Notes: generated by a model not told the origin, from the sequence alone. A stretch of DNA of 24,611 bases from a virus (IMGVR_UViG_3300017908_000121:1-24611), one strand, 5' to 3'; counted from the stretch's first letter, positions 1-9,221 are shown. Translations and numbers: made by a program.

Positions 1-168
1 AGGTACTAGACCTTCATCCAAGTTGATGATCTTTACATACTTCTGTGCAAAATATACAGGATCCTGAGCACACTTTAAAAACTCAGTAACTTGTTTCTTT
101 GTAAAGTTCTGAGCAACGTTCGCTTTTTTTAAATTAGGGTTTCCAAGGTATTGTTCATGCTGTATCAT
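1..168 (-). CDS. gp17: Terminase large subunit, T4 gp17-like (N-terminal 56 codons only; runs off window)
   Basis: Manual translation from ATG at 168 gives MIQHEQYLGNPNLKKANVAQNFTKKQVTEFLKCAQDPVYFAQKYVKIINLDEGLVP, with the YLGNPNLKKAN...DPVYF N-terminus typical of T4-like gp17; lies downstream of gp16. Not in the ORF track. Confidence 0.95.
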   Translation of the reverse strand, partial: MIQHEQYLGNPNLKKANVAQNFTKKQVTEFLKCAQDPVYFAQKYVKIINLDEGLVP

Positions 169-174
169 GATCTA

Positions 175-423
175 TCAGGGGTCAATTACTAATAAAGGTT
201 TCGTTGGATCTTTTTCTGAGGGTGCATAGTATAATACTTTACCACTAGGATACACTTTGTCCAATTCACTTTGAACATCTCTCTTCAAAGGTCTTGCTCT
301 CTGTGGGAAAAACATTTGAATCATTTTAGTTTGGCCTCTGAATTGGAAAGTGATAGTGTATGTTGCACCATACTTATTCAGTCTTCTCCAATTTTCTTCT
401 CTTAGTGTTCTGAATCTTTTCAT
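175..423 (-). CDS. Small hypothetical protein between gp16 and gp17
   Basis: 82-aa ORF with ATGA-like 4-nt overlap with the gp16 stop; resembles small ORFs found at this position in cyanomyoviruses. Confidence 0.75.
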   Translation of the reverse strand: MKRFRTLREENWRRLNKYGATYTITFQFRGQTKMIQMFFPQRARPLKRDVQSELDKVYPSGKVLYYAPSEKDPTKPLLVIDP

Positions 424-860
424 TTATCATTCTCCTTGTTCATTTTCTTTAGCATCTTCTGTAGTTCAGACGTACTTCCTACAAACAGAGAGTTGTTAGT
501 AACATTAGTAGTGTTCTGCTTAATATTTACCTCATCAATATCTTTCATTTTTTTCTGTAAATCTACCAATTTATCTGCTGTGTCGGCAACATGTTTGATA
601 AGTTGTCCAGCAACTTCGTATGCTCTTGCAGAATCAGACTGTTGTGCAACGTCTAATGCACCATCTACAGCCTCTTGACCTTTCTCAACTAGAGAATATA
701 ACTGAGCTCTACTATACTCATAATCCTTAGTCAGATCTTCTTTTCCTGATTTTATTTTCTTGACAGGTTTAGATACAGGTTCTTTCTTCATTATCTCAGC
801 ACCTCTATCGGTAACTTCTAGAGCCTCTTCTATCGCATCAAAATTTTCGTCTTCAATCAT
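420..860 (-). CDS. gp16: Terminase small subunit, T4 gp16-like
   Basis: Motifs DYEYSRAQLYSLVEKGQEA, RAYEVAGQLIK and TNNSLFVGSTSELQKML; synteny gp15-gp16-gp17. Confidence 0.93.
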   Translation of the reverse strand: MIEDENFDAIEEALEVTDRGAEIMKKEPVSKPVKKIKSGKEDLTKDYEYSRAQLYSLVEKGQEAVDGALDVAQQSDSARAYEVAGQLIKHVADTADKLVDLQKKMKDIDEVNIKQNTTNVTNNSLFVGSTSELQKMLKKMNKENDK

Positions 861-1921
861 AATTCAGAGTCCCTTCCTTGACTACTACTGTAAATAGATC
901 CATCAGCAAAATCAATTCTGGTTTCACCAAATCCAAAGTCGTCACCTTCAACAACAAATGAATCATCTTGTACATTGATTACATTTACTGGAACATTAAT
1001 ATCATGTGGTTGGATTACGCTAGTAAACATACCTCTTTTAACTTTGATTCTGTTACCAGTTATAGATCTAATTAACATCTTCTCTTCATCTATCTGTATG
1101 TAATCTCCCTTTCTGAATGCTATCGCACTGTTAAGATCAAACTCTGTTCTCACAGTATCTATAGTTTCATTAGTTGCTGCGGTATTATCGCTATTATAGT
1201 CTTTAATCGCAGCTGGTGTTGCAGTATATCTTTGTTGTCTAGCTGCAATTTTGAGGTTAGCAGTCTCTGAATAGTAATCTGTCTGTACTTTCTTGATTAA
1301 TCCATCACTACTATTATTAATTGGGCCAAATAGATATGTCTTACAGGTAAAGTTCAATGTATATGTCAACGATCTTCTCTGTAAGAAGTCATCCTCATAT
1401 GAATCTTCCATTTGAATTCCTTCTAAAGTAATTGGCATATCTCTCTTCTCTCCAATTATATCCACCAAATCAATAGTAAGATTAAAAGCTGGTTGAAAAT
1501 ATGGTAGTATCTGTTCTAATATTTGTATAGCGTCTTCGTTCAACTTAGATAAAATACCAAGTTGCATATTAATATTGTACGGCACAGGCATGAAAGCCTT
1601 TACCATTTTATTTGTATTCTTATTGACTGCCTTGAAAGTTTGCATTGTAGAAACCTTTCTAGATGAGTCATAGTTCATGCCCATGACTTCAAAAGACATT
1701 CTAGGTAAAGTTAGTGTAGTTCCTACGCCGTCTTGGTATTCTCTACCTTGTTCTACTCTTGCTAAAAATTTCTGTATGGGGCCGTAAGATATAGGAACTT
1801 TGATAACACTTATCGTCTTACCGTTCCTGTCTTGTTTTTGGATCTCAATGTTATTAAACAATGTTCCGAAAGCCACAATCGTCTTACGGATGATCTCATG
1901 ATAGAAATGATTTGTTAGCAT
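857..1921 (-). CDS. gp15: Tail sheath stabiliser / tail completion protein, T4 gp15-like
   Basis: Motifs HFYHEIIRKTIVAFGTLFNNI, VPISYGPIQKFL, LPRMSFE, PVPYNI and QILEQILPYFQP. Confidence 0.95.
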   Translation of the reverse strand: MLTNHFYHEIIRKTIVAFGTLFNNIEIQKQDRNGKTISVIKVPISYGPIQKFLARVEQGREYQDGVGTTLTLPRMSFEVMGMNYDSSRKVSTMQTFKAVNKNTNKMVKAFMPVPYNINMQLGILSKLNEDAIQILEQILPYFQPAFNLTIDLVDIIGEKRDMPITLEGIQMEDSYEDDFLQRRSLTYTLNFTCKTYLFGPINNSSDGLIKKVQTDYYSETANLKIAARQQRYTATPAAIKDYNSDNTAATNETIDTVRTEFDLNSAIAFRKGDYIQIDEEKMLIRSITGNRIKVKRGMFTSVIQPHDINVPVNVINVQDDSFVVEGDDFGFGETRIDFADGSIYSSSQGRDSEL

Positions 1922-1942
1922 AATATTACCACCTTATAATAG

Positions 1943-1950
1943 TATTTAGA
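1943..1950 (-). promoter_or_regulatory. Putative T4-type late promoter variant (TCTAAATA) upstream of gp15
   Basis: One mismatch to TATAAATA, overlaps the gp14 stop, about 20 nt upstream of the gp15 ATG. Confidence 0.55.
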
Positions 1951-4237
1951 ACTCACCGAATGGATTTCTTTCAGAGAAGTCTAGAAGGGTGCTGGCCTCT
2001 GTTTCAAAAGTATCATTCTGAGCAAACTCTCTGTCTCCATCTATGTCGGATGTTATTGATATAACTCTGTAGCTTGCAGCTGCACCAACAATTACCTCAC
2101 CAATTCCAAAGTCTCCTGATGGAATTGAAACTTGGAGAATCTGATCTCTTGTATTCCAACTAGCAACGTAGGCACTAGTTCCTGTAGAAACACCTTTAAC
2201 GATCTCATCTCTTTGATACTCACCAAAGGAACTTGAAGTGACTGAACCGATAGCCACGGTAGCTGCGGTATTAGTATAACCAGCACCAGCATTACTGTAT
2301 CTAATTTGAGTCACAGTACCAGATGTACTTACAACTGCCTCTGCCTGTGCGTTCATAAGTAGAGGTTCAGTCTCATTAGACTGCTGTATGTATACAGATG
2401 TAATACCAACTGTGGGTGTGAAGTTGTAACCATTTCCACCAGTTGTAATTCCTATAGGCCCTAATACTGCCTCCGAAATTACAGCAGTAGCAATCGCAGT
2501 TGATACTGGAGAACCACCAGTGAATACCACTTGTGGAGGTGTTGTATATCCTGTGCCTGGATTAATTAGTAATATTCTATCAACGGATTGATTAGAAACA
2601 CCAGATCTACTTGTCATGATTGCAACAGCAGTTGCCTGAGTTCCTAGAGTGGGTTGTTCGATAGTCATAATAGGAACTGAAGTATAACCCCATCCTTCAT
2701 ATTCTATAGTCAATGCAGATACTTCTCTTGATGCATTGGTTGTACAAGTAACTATTGGATGTTCATTATCTAATTTACGAATAAACTGTGCAGTGGTTGA
2801 TGTCACGACATCAGTTTCTTGTGAGGTTTCTGAACTTGGAACTTGTGTTGCACTATTATTACTTGTAGCATTATCACCAGTTAAGTTGATAGTTAGATGA
2901 TCTAAGAATCCCTCAAATGATGCAGTCTGAGAAGGAATGAATCCCTGTCCTGAAGCATCAGCACCTAATTTCAGGAGATCGCCAGCAAAGAACATAATTG
3001 GGTTTGCAGTATTAAGACTGTTACTTACAGTTCCATTCACAGATATAGTTGCATCAGTGTTATACTGTTCTACTCTGATAAAGTTCCAAGCATTTAGATT
3101 GAGTTGTGTGGTATTTTCTATAGATCCAGAACCAGAGGCAAATACAATATTACCTGTCTCTCTGTAATATATCTTGAATCTATCAGTCCACATGACTGTT
3201 CCACCATTGGCTGCTGGATCAAATTTAGTTGGATATAACCAGAAACTTAGTGATAGTCTACCATTACCACTGTCTCTAGAATCTACATTGTTGGTAAATG
3301 CAAAGTTAGCACCAATAACATCTGTGATAGCAGTGTGATGTAGAGAGTTGTTTCCAAACTTAATCTGAGATGATGTTACTTTATTTGGTGGTGTAAAACT
3401 TACAGAAGGCACATTTAGGTAATTAGATCCACCAGAAGTCAAAGATGCAGTGTCTATACCACCCTCAGCGATTGTTACTGTACCAGCTGCCTGATTTCCT
3501 TGTGTTGGTTTATGTATCGTTACTGTTGGTGTTCCTTTATAGTTACCACCATCAAACATTGGAACACGTTGTACAGATTTAACTCCAGCAAATGTAGTTG
3601 CAAGAGACACATATGCTATTGCATTTTCGTTTGTCTCCTTCTCCATTTGTAAAGTAATTACCTGTCCTTCAGTGAGGAAACCTTCCTCAACATCTTCGCC
3701 ATTCTTGTCTGTCAATCCATCAGGAAGATCAATGACCTCATCCTCAGGCTCGAAGATTTCACATCTAAACTCATACATGAATAGATCATTTACTTGGTAG
3801 AAAGGTACTTTTCTTTCAATATATTTGATTTCAAATAGACCATTATCTAATGGTAGATAAATTAGATCTCCTTCATGTGGAGACTGAGCATTGATTCTTT
3901 CACCTTCTGGAAATAAATTTATAAATGGTGTAATGAAATCATCATACCTCTCCTTCGATACAACCAGCGTTACTTCATCTTTCTCTTGGACACCAAACTT
4001 TGTAAGCACATCAGATGGTGTACCAAATCCATCTGTAGTTACAAGATATGCTTCTATTCTAAAACTATCATCGAACTTGGATGATTGTATTTCTCGTATT
4101 ACAGTATCTTGATTTACTATCTTTCTAGGTAGATACAAGATATCCTGACCGAACAGCTGTAAGTGTTCGTTCACCAAGTCTTGAACTAGTCTTTGTTCAC
4201 TTGGAGATCCATTTAAAAAGAAGGGTGATAAAGGCAT
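1946..4237 (-). CDS. gp14: Neck protein, T4 gp14-like, with a large internal insertion (LamG/ConA-like domain and G-x-G-Y-x-x-x-P repeats)
   Basis: N-terminus EQRLVQDLVNEHLQLFGQDILYLPR...PHEGDLIYLPL..LFEIKYIE; C-terminus LDFSERNPFGEF; 763 aa, far longer than T4 gp14. Confidence 0.92.
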   Translation of the reverse strand: MPLSPFFLNGSPSEQRLVQDLVNEHLQLFGQDILYLPRKIVNQDTVIREIQSSKFDDSFRIEAYLVTTDGFGTPSDVLTKFGVQEKDEVTLVVSKERYDDFITPFINLFPEGERINAQSPHEGDLIYLPLDNGLFEIKYIERKVPFYQVNDLFMYEFRCEIFEPEDEVIDLPDGLTDKNGEDVEEGFLTEGQVITLQMEKETNENAIAYVSLATTFAGVKSVQRVPMFDGGNYKGTPTVTIHKPTQGNQAAGTVTIAEGGIDTASLTSGGSNYLNVPSVSFTPPNKVTSSQIKFGNNSLHHTAITDVIGANFAFTNNVDSRDSGNGRLSLSFWLYPTKFDPAANGGTVMWTDRFKIYYRETGNIVFASGSGSIENTTQLNLNAWNFIRVEQYNTDATISVNGTVSNSLNTANPIMFFAGDLLKLGADASGQGFIPSQTASFEGFLDHLTINLTGDNATSNNSATQVPSSETSQETDVVTSTTAQFIRKLDNEHPIVTCTTNASREVSALTIEYEGWGYTSVPIMTIEQPTLGTQATAVAIMTSRSGVSNQSVDRILLINPGTGYTTPPQVVFTGGSPVSTAIATAVISEAVLGPIGITTGGNGYNFTPTVGITSVYIQQSNETEPLLMNAQAEAVVSTSGTVTQIRYSNAGAGYTNTAATVAIGSVTSSSFGEYQRDEIVKGVSTGTSAYVASWNTRDQILQVSIPSGDFGIGEVIVGAAASYRVISITSDIDGDREFAQNDTFETEASTLLDFSERNPFGEF

Positions 4238-5055
4238 TATCCAACAAAGTCTAGAGGTGGCATTGCATATTCTTGCATTAACTTCTCATCTAATCTTTCT
4301 AACTCTCCCACTGCATCATCATATAACTGTCTGCCATTAAGTTCTAGTCCGCCAGGCAATTTGACACCAGTAAACTTGATGAGATTCTGTCCCCATTGTT
4401 TTTTTATCAAAGCTGTGGTATACTGTTTAAGCCAGACATCATTGTATACATTTGTTTCACTTTGAGGATCTACAATCCTAAAGCAGTCTATAATTATAAA
4501 CTGATCATCTTGAAGTTCATTTACATTGATATCCATATATAATCTACTATTTTTCTTATTAAATCTTATTTGAACGTCAGGATTTAGCATATAATCGAGA
4601 GTTTCTAGATATGATTTTGTCATACCATAGTTTAATAAATCGATTGCCCCGTAGTAGTATAAATCATTAAGGAAGATCTGATACTTAAGATTGAACATAC
4701 CAGCAGATATTGTTGATGAGTCCATCTTGAATACTTTCTGAACTCCTATAATGGTATCTGGTAAAGGTAGGTACTTTGCAGTTTCTGTATAGTCTGCCGA
4801 AGAAAGTCCGCCTGCTGTGCTAGTACCAGTAGTTGTAGCTTGATCTCCTTTCATTGCAGTCTTTTCTGCCTCAGTAAATTGATGCTTTAAAAAGACTCTA
4901 TCAATACCTTCACCATGTCTTTCATGATACAATTGGATAGCATCATCGATCAAATCATCAATCTGATCGTCGTCAACATTGATTTCCAGAACTGGTTTTC
5001 CAAGTTTTCTAAGAGCGTATTCTTTCAAACCGTCTTTACTATTGGGTTTTGCCAC
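4237..5055 (-). CDS. gp13: Neck protein, T4 gp13-like
   Basis: Motifs LKEYALRKLGKPVLEINVDDDQIDD, WLKQYTTALIKKQWGQNLIKF and LPGGLELNG; GTG start with GGAGAGG upstream. Confidence 0.95.
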   Translation of the reverse strand: MAKPNSKDGLKEYALRKLGKPVLEINVDDDQIDDLIDDAIQLYHERHGEGIDRVFLKHQFTEAEKTAMKGDQATTTGTSTAGGLSSADYTETAKYLPLPDTIIGVQKVFKMDSSTISAGMFNLKYQIFLNDLYYYGAIDLLNYGMTKSYLETLDYMLNPDVQIRFNKKNSRLYMDINVNELQDDQFIIIDCFRIVDPQSETNVYNDVWLKQYTTALIKKQWGQNLIKFTGVKLPGGLELNGRQLYDDAVGELERLDEKLMQEYAMPPLDFVG

Positions 5056-5081
5056 AACCTCTCCACGTTAGTTCTCCGAAG

Positions 5082-5089
5082 TATTTAGT
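5082..5089 (-). promoter_or_regulatory. Putative late promoter variant (ACTAAATA) upstream of gp13
   Basis: CTAAATA about 27 nt upstream of the gp13 start, in the 37-nt divergent intergenic gap. Confidence 0.55.
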
Positions 5090-5092
5090 TAT

Positions 5093-5815
5093 ATGAAAAA
5101 GTATTTTATTGATGAGATAGAAACCTTCGCTATCAATACCCCTGTAGACGCAACTGTAGAACTCATGGGATGGGAAGAGTTTCCTATAGTTTACATTGAT
5201 AACTTCTATAAAAATCCAGACAAGGTAAGGAATCTAGCATTAAGAACACCAGGCACCAAAAATCCTAGAATACTGGGTGGAGTTCCTGGCGAGAGAATTG
5301 ATATATCATTTAATCTGGAACACATATGGCCTATTTGGATTGAAATAGCAGAGAACGTATATGGACTAAAACAGGAAGAGAGAAAGGCATTTGAAATGTC
5401 ATGTATGAATACCTCTTTTTCAGTCAATGTTACTCAGTCTAATCATAGAAGAAGGTTGCCACATATAGACTTACCAGATGTAAAAGACAGAGGATGGGCT
5501 GGTCTCATATACCTAAATAAACCTAAAGAATGTAAAGGTGGCACTGCGTTTTACACATATAAAGGTCAACAGGTAAGACCAAACCAAGAAGGTATTTGGG
5601 GTAACAAAAAAGAAGATTGGTGGGAACAACCACCAGATGAACACTTTGTTACTGATGATGTAGGGCCATGGGCAAAAATGCATCTTGCAGAAATGAAATA
5701 TAATCGAATGATAATGTATCCAGCAACTGTTCTCCATGCTCCTTATGATAAGCCAGGTTTCTTTGAGGGAGATACCTATAGATTAACTCAAGTATTTTTT
5801 CTACCAGTTATATGA
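5093..5815 (+). CDS. 2OG-Fe(II) oxygenase-like protein (DUF6445-like)
   Basis: IDNFYKNPDKVR, PHID (HxD), WAGLIYLN, GGTAFY, EMKYNRMIMY...LHA and distal R in YRLTQVFF. Confidence 0.75.
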   Translation: MKKYFIDEIETFAINTPVDATVELMGWEEFPIVYIDNFYKNPDKVRNLALRTPGTKNPRILGGVPGERIDISFNLEHIWPIWIEIAENVYGLKQEERKAFEMSCMNTSFSVNVTQSNHRRRLPHIDLPDVKDRGWAGLIYLNKPKECKGGTAFYTYKGQQVRPNQEGIWGNKKEDWWEQPPDEHFVTDDVGPWAKMHLAEMKYNRMIMYPATVLHAPYDKPGFFEGDTYRLTQVFFLPVI

Positions 5816-6621
5816 TTATCCTTACAGGTTACAAAGGTTTTATAGGTCAAGCATTTGAAAAGAAACTTGATCCAGAAAATCTTTATAGAGTTGAACAAAG
5901 TGGTGCTTTTGATTTTTTAAATCAATATGATAAGTGGGATGAGGTAGAGATGATTCTACATCAGGGAGCTATATCAAGCACAACAGAAACAGACGTAAAT
6001 AAAATTCACAAGTATAATGTAGAGTTCTCTATTGCACTGTTTGAAAAAGCAATAGAATATTCTATCCCAGTCAAATATGCCTCATCTGCATCTGTTTATG
6101 GTAAGATTCATAGTGAGTATGGATATCTGAAAGGAACTATCAATCCACTAAACTTCTATGCACTATCAAAAGCAACTGTAGATTACTGGGTATTGGATAA
6201 TATGGATAGGTTTGAACAAGTACAAGGATTTAGATACTTTAACGTGTATGGAGAAGGCGAAGAACATAAAGGAGATCAAGCAAGTCCAATTAGTAAGTTC
6301 ACCAAACAAGCTAAAGAAACTAAGGTAATTAAAATCTTTGAAGATTCTGAATACGCCTTCAGAGATTTCGTATGTGTAGATGATGTAGTAGATGTTGTCC
6401 TAGATAATACGGCAGGGAGCGGCATCTACGATGTTGGGACTGGCAATCCGATCTCATTTCTTGAGATTGCAGAATTGATTGCCAAAAAAGAAGGGGCGGA
6501 GATTGAAGTAATCCCCTTCCCCAAACATCTAGAAGGTAAGTATCAAGAATACACATGTGCAGATACTTCATGGTATTCACATGATTATACAGAAGTCAAG
6601 CATTACTTGCATACGAAATAA
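5812..6621 (+). CDS. hldD: ADP-L-glycero-D-manno-heptose 6-epimerase-like (extended SDR)
   Basis: TGYKGFIG Rossmann motif, HQGAISSTTE, YASSASVYG, PLNFYALSK (YxxxK), GFRYFNVYG..E.HKG..AS, RDFVCVDD and YQEYTCAD all match HldD/RfaD. Confidence 0.88.
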   Translation: MIILTGYKGFIGQAFEKKLDPENLYRVEQSGAFDFLNQYDKWDEVEMILHQGAISSTTETDVNKIHKYNVEFSIALFEKAIEYSIPVKYASSASVYGKIHSEYGYLKGTINPLNFYALSKATVDYWVLDNMDRFEQVQGFRYFNVYGEGEEHKGDQASPISKFTKQAKETKVIKIFEDSEYAFRDFVCVDDVVDVVLDNTAGSGIYDVGTGNPISFLEIAELIAKKEGAEIEVIPFPKHLEGKYQEYTCADTSWYSHDYTEVKHYLHTK

Positions 6622-7177
6622 AAGAAGTTATAGCATACTTGGGTTCTGATATTGGAATTGTTCCTTCATGAGGCCAAAGATAGTTACAAGGAAATATACA
6701 AACATCTCCTCTTCTAGCTGGTATCGTTCTATCTTGAAGATGAAAATATGTGCCTCCACCCTCTTCGACATCATTTAGATATCCTACAATACCGAATACT
6801 CTGTGAACATTGACGCCAGGCCCTTGATCCTGATGTTTGGAAAAAAATCCTGTTCCTTTGTGATATATACGAACACAATAATCTCTGAAAACTAGAGGAT
6901 AATCTTCTGGTGGAACTGGACACTCTTCAGCATATCTATCATACACTTCAAAATATGCTCTAGACAACAAATCTGATACTCTGTCATCTGGTTTTGGATA
7001 TATCTGTCTGGTATCTTTAAAATCTTTTACTACATGATTTTGTCTAACATCATTTGGTCTTCCATACACAGCACCATCTACATGTCTATCTTCTTCTTCC
7101 CAAAACCAATCTATAATATCCTCACACTCTTCTTTTGATAATACGTTATAAACCTTAATTAGATCATCCGTATTCAT
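6596..7177 (-). CDS. 2OG-Fe(II) oxygenase (prolyl-4-hydroxylase-like)
   Basis: FSKHQD (HxD), YLNDVEEGGGTYF, IFP...WPHEG and KYAITSF. Confidence 0.88.
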   Translation of the reverse strand: MNTDDLIKVYNVLSKEECEDIIDWFWEEEDRHVDGAVYGRPNDVRQNHVVKDFKDTRQIYPKPDDRVSDLLSRAYFEVYDRYAEECPVPPEDYPLVFRDYCVRIYHKGTGFFSKHQDQGPGVNVHRVFGIVGYLNDVEEGGGTYFHLQDRTIPARRGDVCIFPCNYLWPHEGTIPISEPKYAITSFISYASNA

Positions 7178-7575
7178 AATAGATCTCCAGGCATGATCCT
7201 ATGTGAATCCGAATCAGAATGTTCTGTGCTAAACTCAAATAGTTCAGTATCCTCTATCGCAAACATACGATGCTTTAGACCTATGGGTACATGAAACTTA
7301 TCTCCTCTGTTCAGTATTGTTATATCTGCTTTCTCAATATCCATATCCCAACCATGATATAATTTTATCTTACCACTCTGAATAAAAAATACTTCGTCTT
7401 TTAATTTATGATAGTGCCATGAACACTGTTTATCCTTTGCAATAAACAATAGTTTACCGCAATACTTCTCACAGTTTGCAATCCATTTTTCATATCCCCA
7501 TCCCTTTGGCACATACTTGATAGGTTCTGCCGCACGAGCATTACGAGGTCTTCTACTTGGCCCTAAAGAAGTCAT
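7174..7575 (-). CDS. Cupin-fold protein, putative sugar(-phosphate) isomerase
   Basis: VPKGWGYEKWI, CSWHYHKLKDEVF (HxH...E), HRM and EFST. The real start may be slightly downstream. Confidence 0.75.
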   Translation of the reverse strand: MTSLGPSRRPRNARAAEPIKYVPKGWGYEKWIANCEKYCGKLLFIAKDKQCSWHYHKLKDEVFFIQSGKIKLYHGWDMDIEKADITILNRGDKFHVPIGLKHRMFAIEDTELFEFSTEHSDSDSHRIMPGDLL

Positions 7576-7888
7576 CAGAATTTACACCTTTGTCATCAAT
7601 AAAGAAATCAGCATGTGGTTTACCTAATATCAATGAATGATATTTACATCCCCAATCTTTAAGTTGTTTTTCTGTGAGGTCAAATAATAAAATAGATGCC
7701 TTTGCACTTGCATCTGGATCATCACCAAATCGACCCATACCTCTAGCGGTAAAGTAGGTGATATTATGACCTTCATCATATAACTTATTTATCGTAGCAA
7801 TCCGATCCCACCAAGGCATTGCCTTATGGTAATCCCTACCCACAGTTGGACTACAAATCGTGCCATCAATATCTACACAATATCTCAT
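7553..7888 (-). CDS. Minimal capless HAD-family phosphatase
   Basis: VDIDGTIC (DxDGT), FTARG and GKPHADFFIDDK correspond to HAD motifs I-IV in 111 aa. Confidence 0.85.
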   Translation of the reverse strand: MRYCVDIDGTICSPTVGRDYHKAMPWWDRIATINKLYDEGHNITYFTARGMGRFGDDPDASAKASILLFDLTEKQLKDWGCKYHSLILGKPHADFFIDDKGVNSDDFFRAK

Positions 7889-8076
7889 TCTTCTTCTACC
7901 TCTTCCATTTCAAGAGACTCGATTGCATCATGTGGCACCTCATGTTGTCCAATTTTATAAAAATGTTTTTCTTCACCAGTGTGATCTGTTTTTACACCAA
8001 TGTAAGAAATATCAGCACATTTATTCTCACGCAACCATGCTTGAAGTCTATAGTGCATTAAGTCAGACTTTTTCAT
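7885..8076 (-). CDS. Small hypothetical protein
   Basis: 63-aa ORF overlapping both neighbours (ATGA overlap at 7885-7888), consistent with translational coupling. Confidence 0.65.
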   Translation of the reverse strand: MKKSDLMHYRLQAWLRENKCADISYIGVKTDHTGEEKHFYKIGQHEVPHDAIESLEMEEVEEE

Positions 8077-8833
8077 ATAATGATTCTATGTCCTTTTTAG
8101 TTAGATAGTAAGCGCCAGGGTGTGTAACCGCAATCGCAGCAGCCTTGTTTGCGAACTCAATAGCTGTCTGCATGTTTTTTGTTTTTAAAAACTCATAAAC
8201 TAGTGCAGCTAGAAATGTATCTCCAGCACCACATACATCAAATACTTTGACTACCTGTGGTTTAAAGATCATACCGTTCCAAGATGCACCAGCAGACCCA
8301 AGAGTAACGATAAGGTTACTAAGGTTAGGTAGATGGTCTTGTATAAGGTCATCGTACTCTTTCTTGTTTATTTTCCAGTATACATTATCCTTCTGAAAAA
8401 GGCGACGTTTCTTAGTATCTACGAACACTGGTCTGTTAAAATTATGACATAGATGCCATAGATCATCATCATTAATGTATCCTTTGTCATAATCTGAAAT
8501 AACAATAGCATCAGGATTCAGATGCATCATTGCCATTTTTAATTCAGCATTTGCAATTCTACTGACTTGTGGAGTTTCATCCAGACGCATCAGTTGATAA
8601 CCACTATTAGTATCTACAAATCTTGTTTTAGTTATAGGTTCTCTCTGTGATAACAAGACAGTATTGACACCAAATGCTTTGAGATTTAGTTCAGTATTAC
8701 CAGCCATGCCAGGCCTTTCTTCTATTCTAGTTTGATCTAAAACAGGAACAGGTTGTTCTGGACTGAGCCTAGTAGTCTCGCCAAAGACATACTTGTCTGT
8801 ACATTTGTCACCTATTACAATTACGTTATGCAC
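8063..8833 (-). CDS. Heptose-7-phosphate kinase (HldE/RfaE kinase domain, PfkB family), stand-alone
   Basis: VIGD...DKY, RLSPEQPVPV, PGMAGN, TKTRF, SDYDKG and VFDVCGAGDTF (PfkB anion hole). Confidence 0.9.
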   Translation of the reverse strand: MHNVIVIGDKCTDKYVFGETTRLSPEQPVPVLDQTRIEERPGMAGNTELNLKAFGVNTVLLSQREPITKTRFVDTNSGYQLMRLDETPQVSRIANAELKMAMMHLNPDAIVISDYDKGYINDDDLWHLCHNFNRPVFVDTKKRRLFQKDNVYWKINKKEYDDLIQDHLPNLSNLIVTLGSAGASWNGMIFKPQVVKVFDVCGAGDTFLAALVYEFLKTKNMQTAIEFANKAAAIAVTHPGAYYLTKKDIESLYEKV

Positions 8834-9221
8834 GGATCTTTCTGATTATATCAGTTGTTGAGTAATTTAGTCTAGGAAGAAATCTAGCTTCTTTTGCATA
8901 CTCTATGCCAACCACATCTCCACCTTTCCAATCATCACCTAGTAACAGTATATCAGGTGAATACAATTCTATCAACCCCTCTAATTCTTTTCTATCATTA
9001 AAATATAATACTTCATCAATATATTTTATCGCTTGTAATATTGCAATTCGATCACAGAGATTATTGACGGGCTTACCCTCACCTTTATCTTTACGAATCT
9101 TTTCATCTGTGTCAGTAGCTACGATAAGTTTATCTCCCAGAGATTTTCCAACTTTAAATAATTCTATATGGCCAGGATGTATAATATCAAACGTGCCATT
9201 ACACCATACTATCCTATCCAT
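8826..9221 (-). CDS. Heptose-1-phosphate nucleotidyltransferase (HldE/RfaE domain II, cytidylyltransferase superfamily), stand-alone
   Basis: NGTFDIIHPGH (HxGH), LIVA..TD..IR..KG..KPVN, PDILLLGDDW and YSTT. Confidence 0.88.
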   Translation of the reverse strand: MDRIVWCNGTFDIIHPGHIELFKVGKSLGDKLIVATDTDEKIRKDKGEGKPVNNLCDRIAILQAIKYIDEVLYFNDRKELEGLIELYSPDILLLGDDWKGGDVVGIEYAKEARFLPRLNYSTTDIIRKIRA

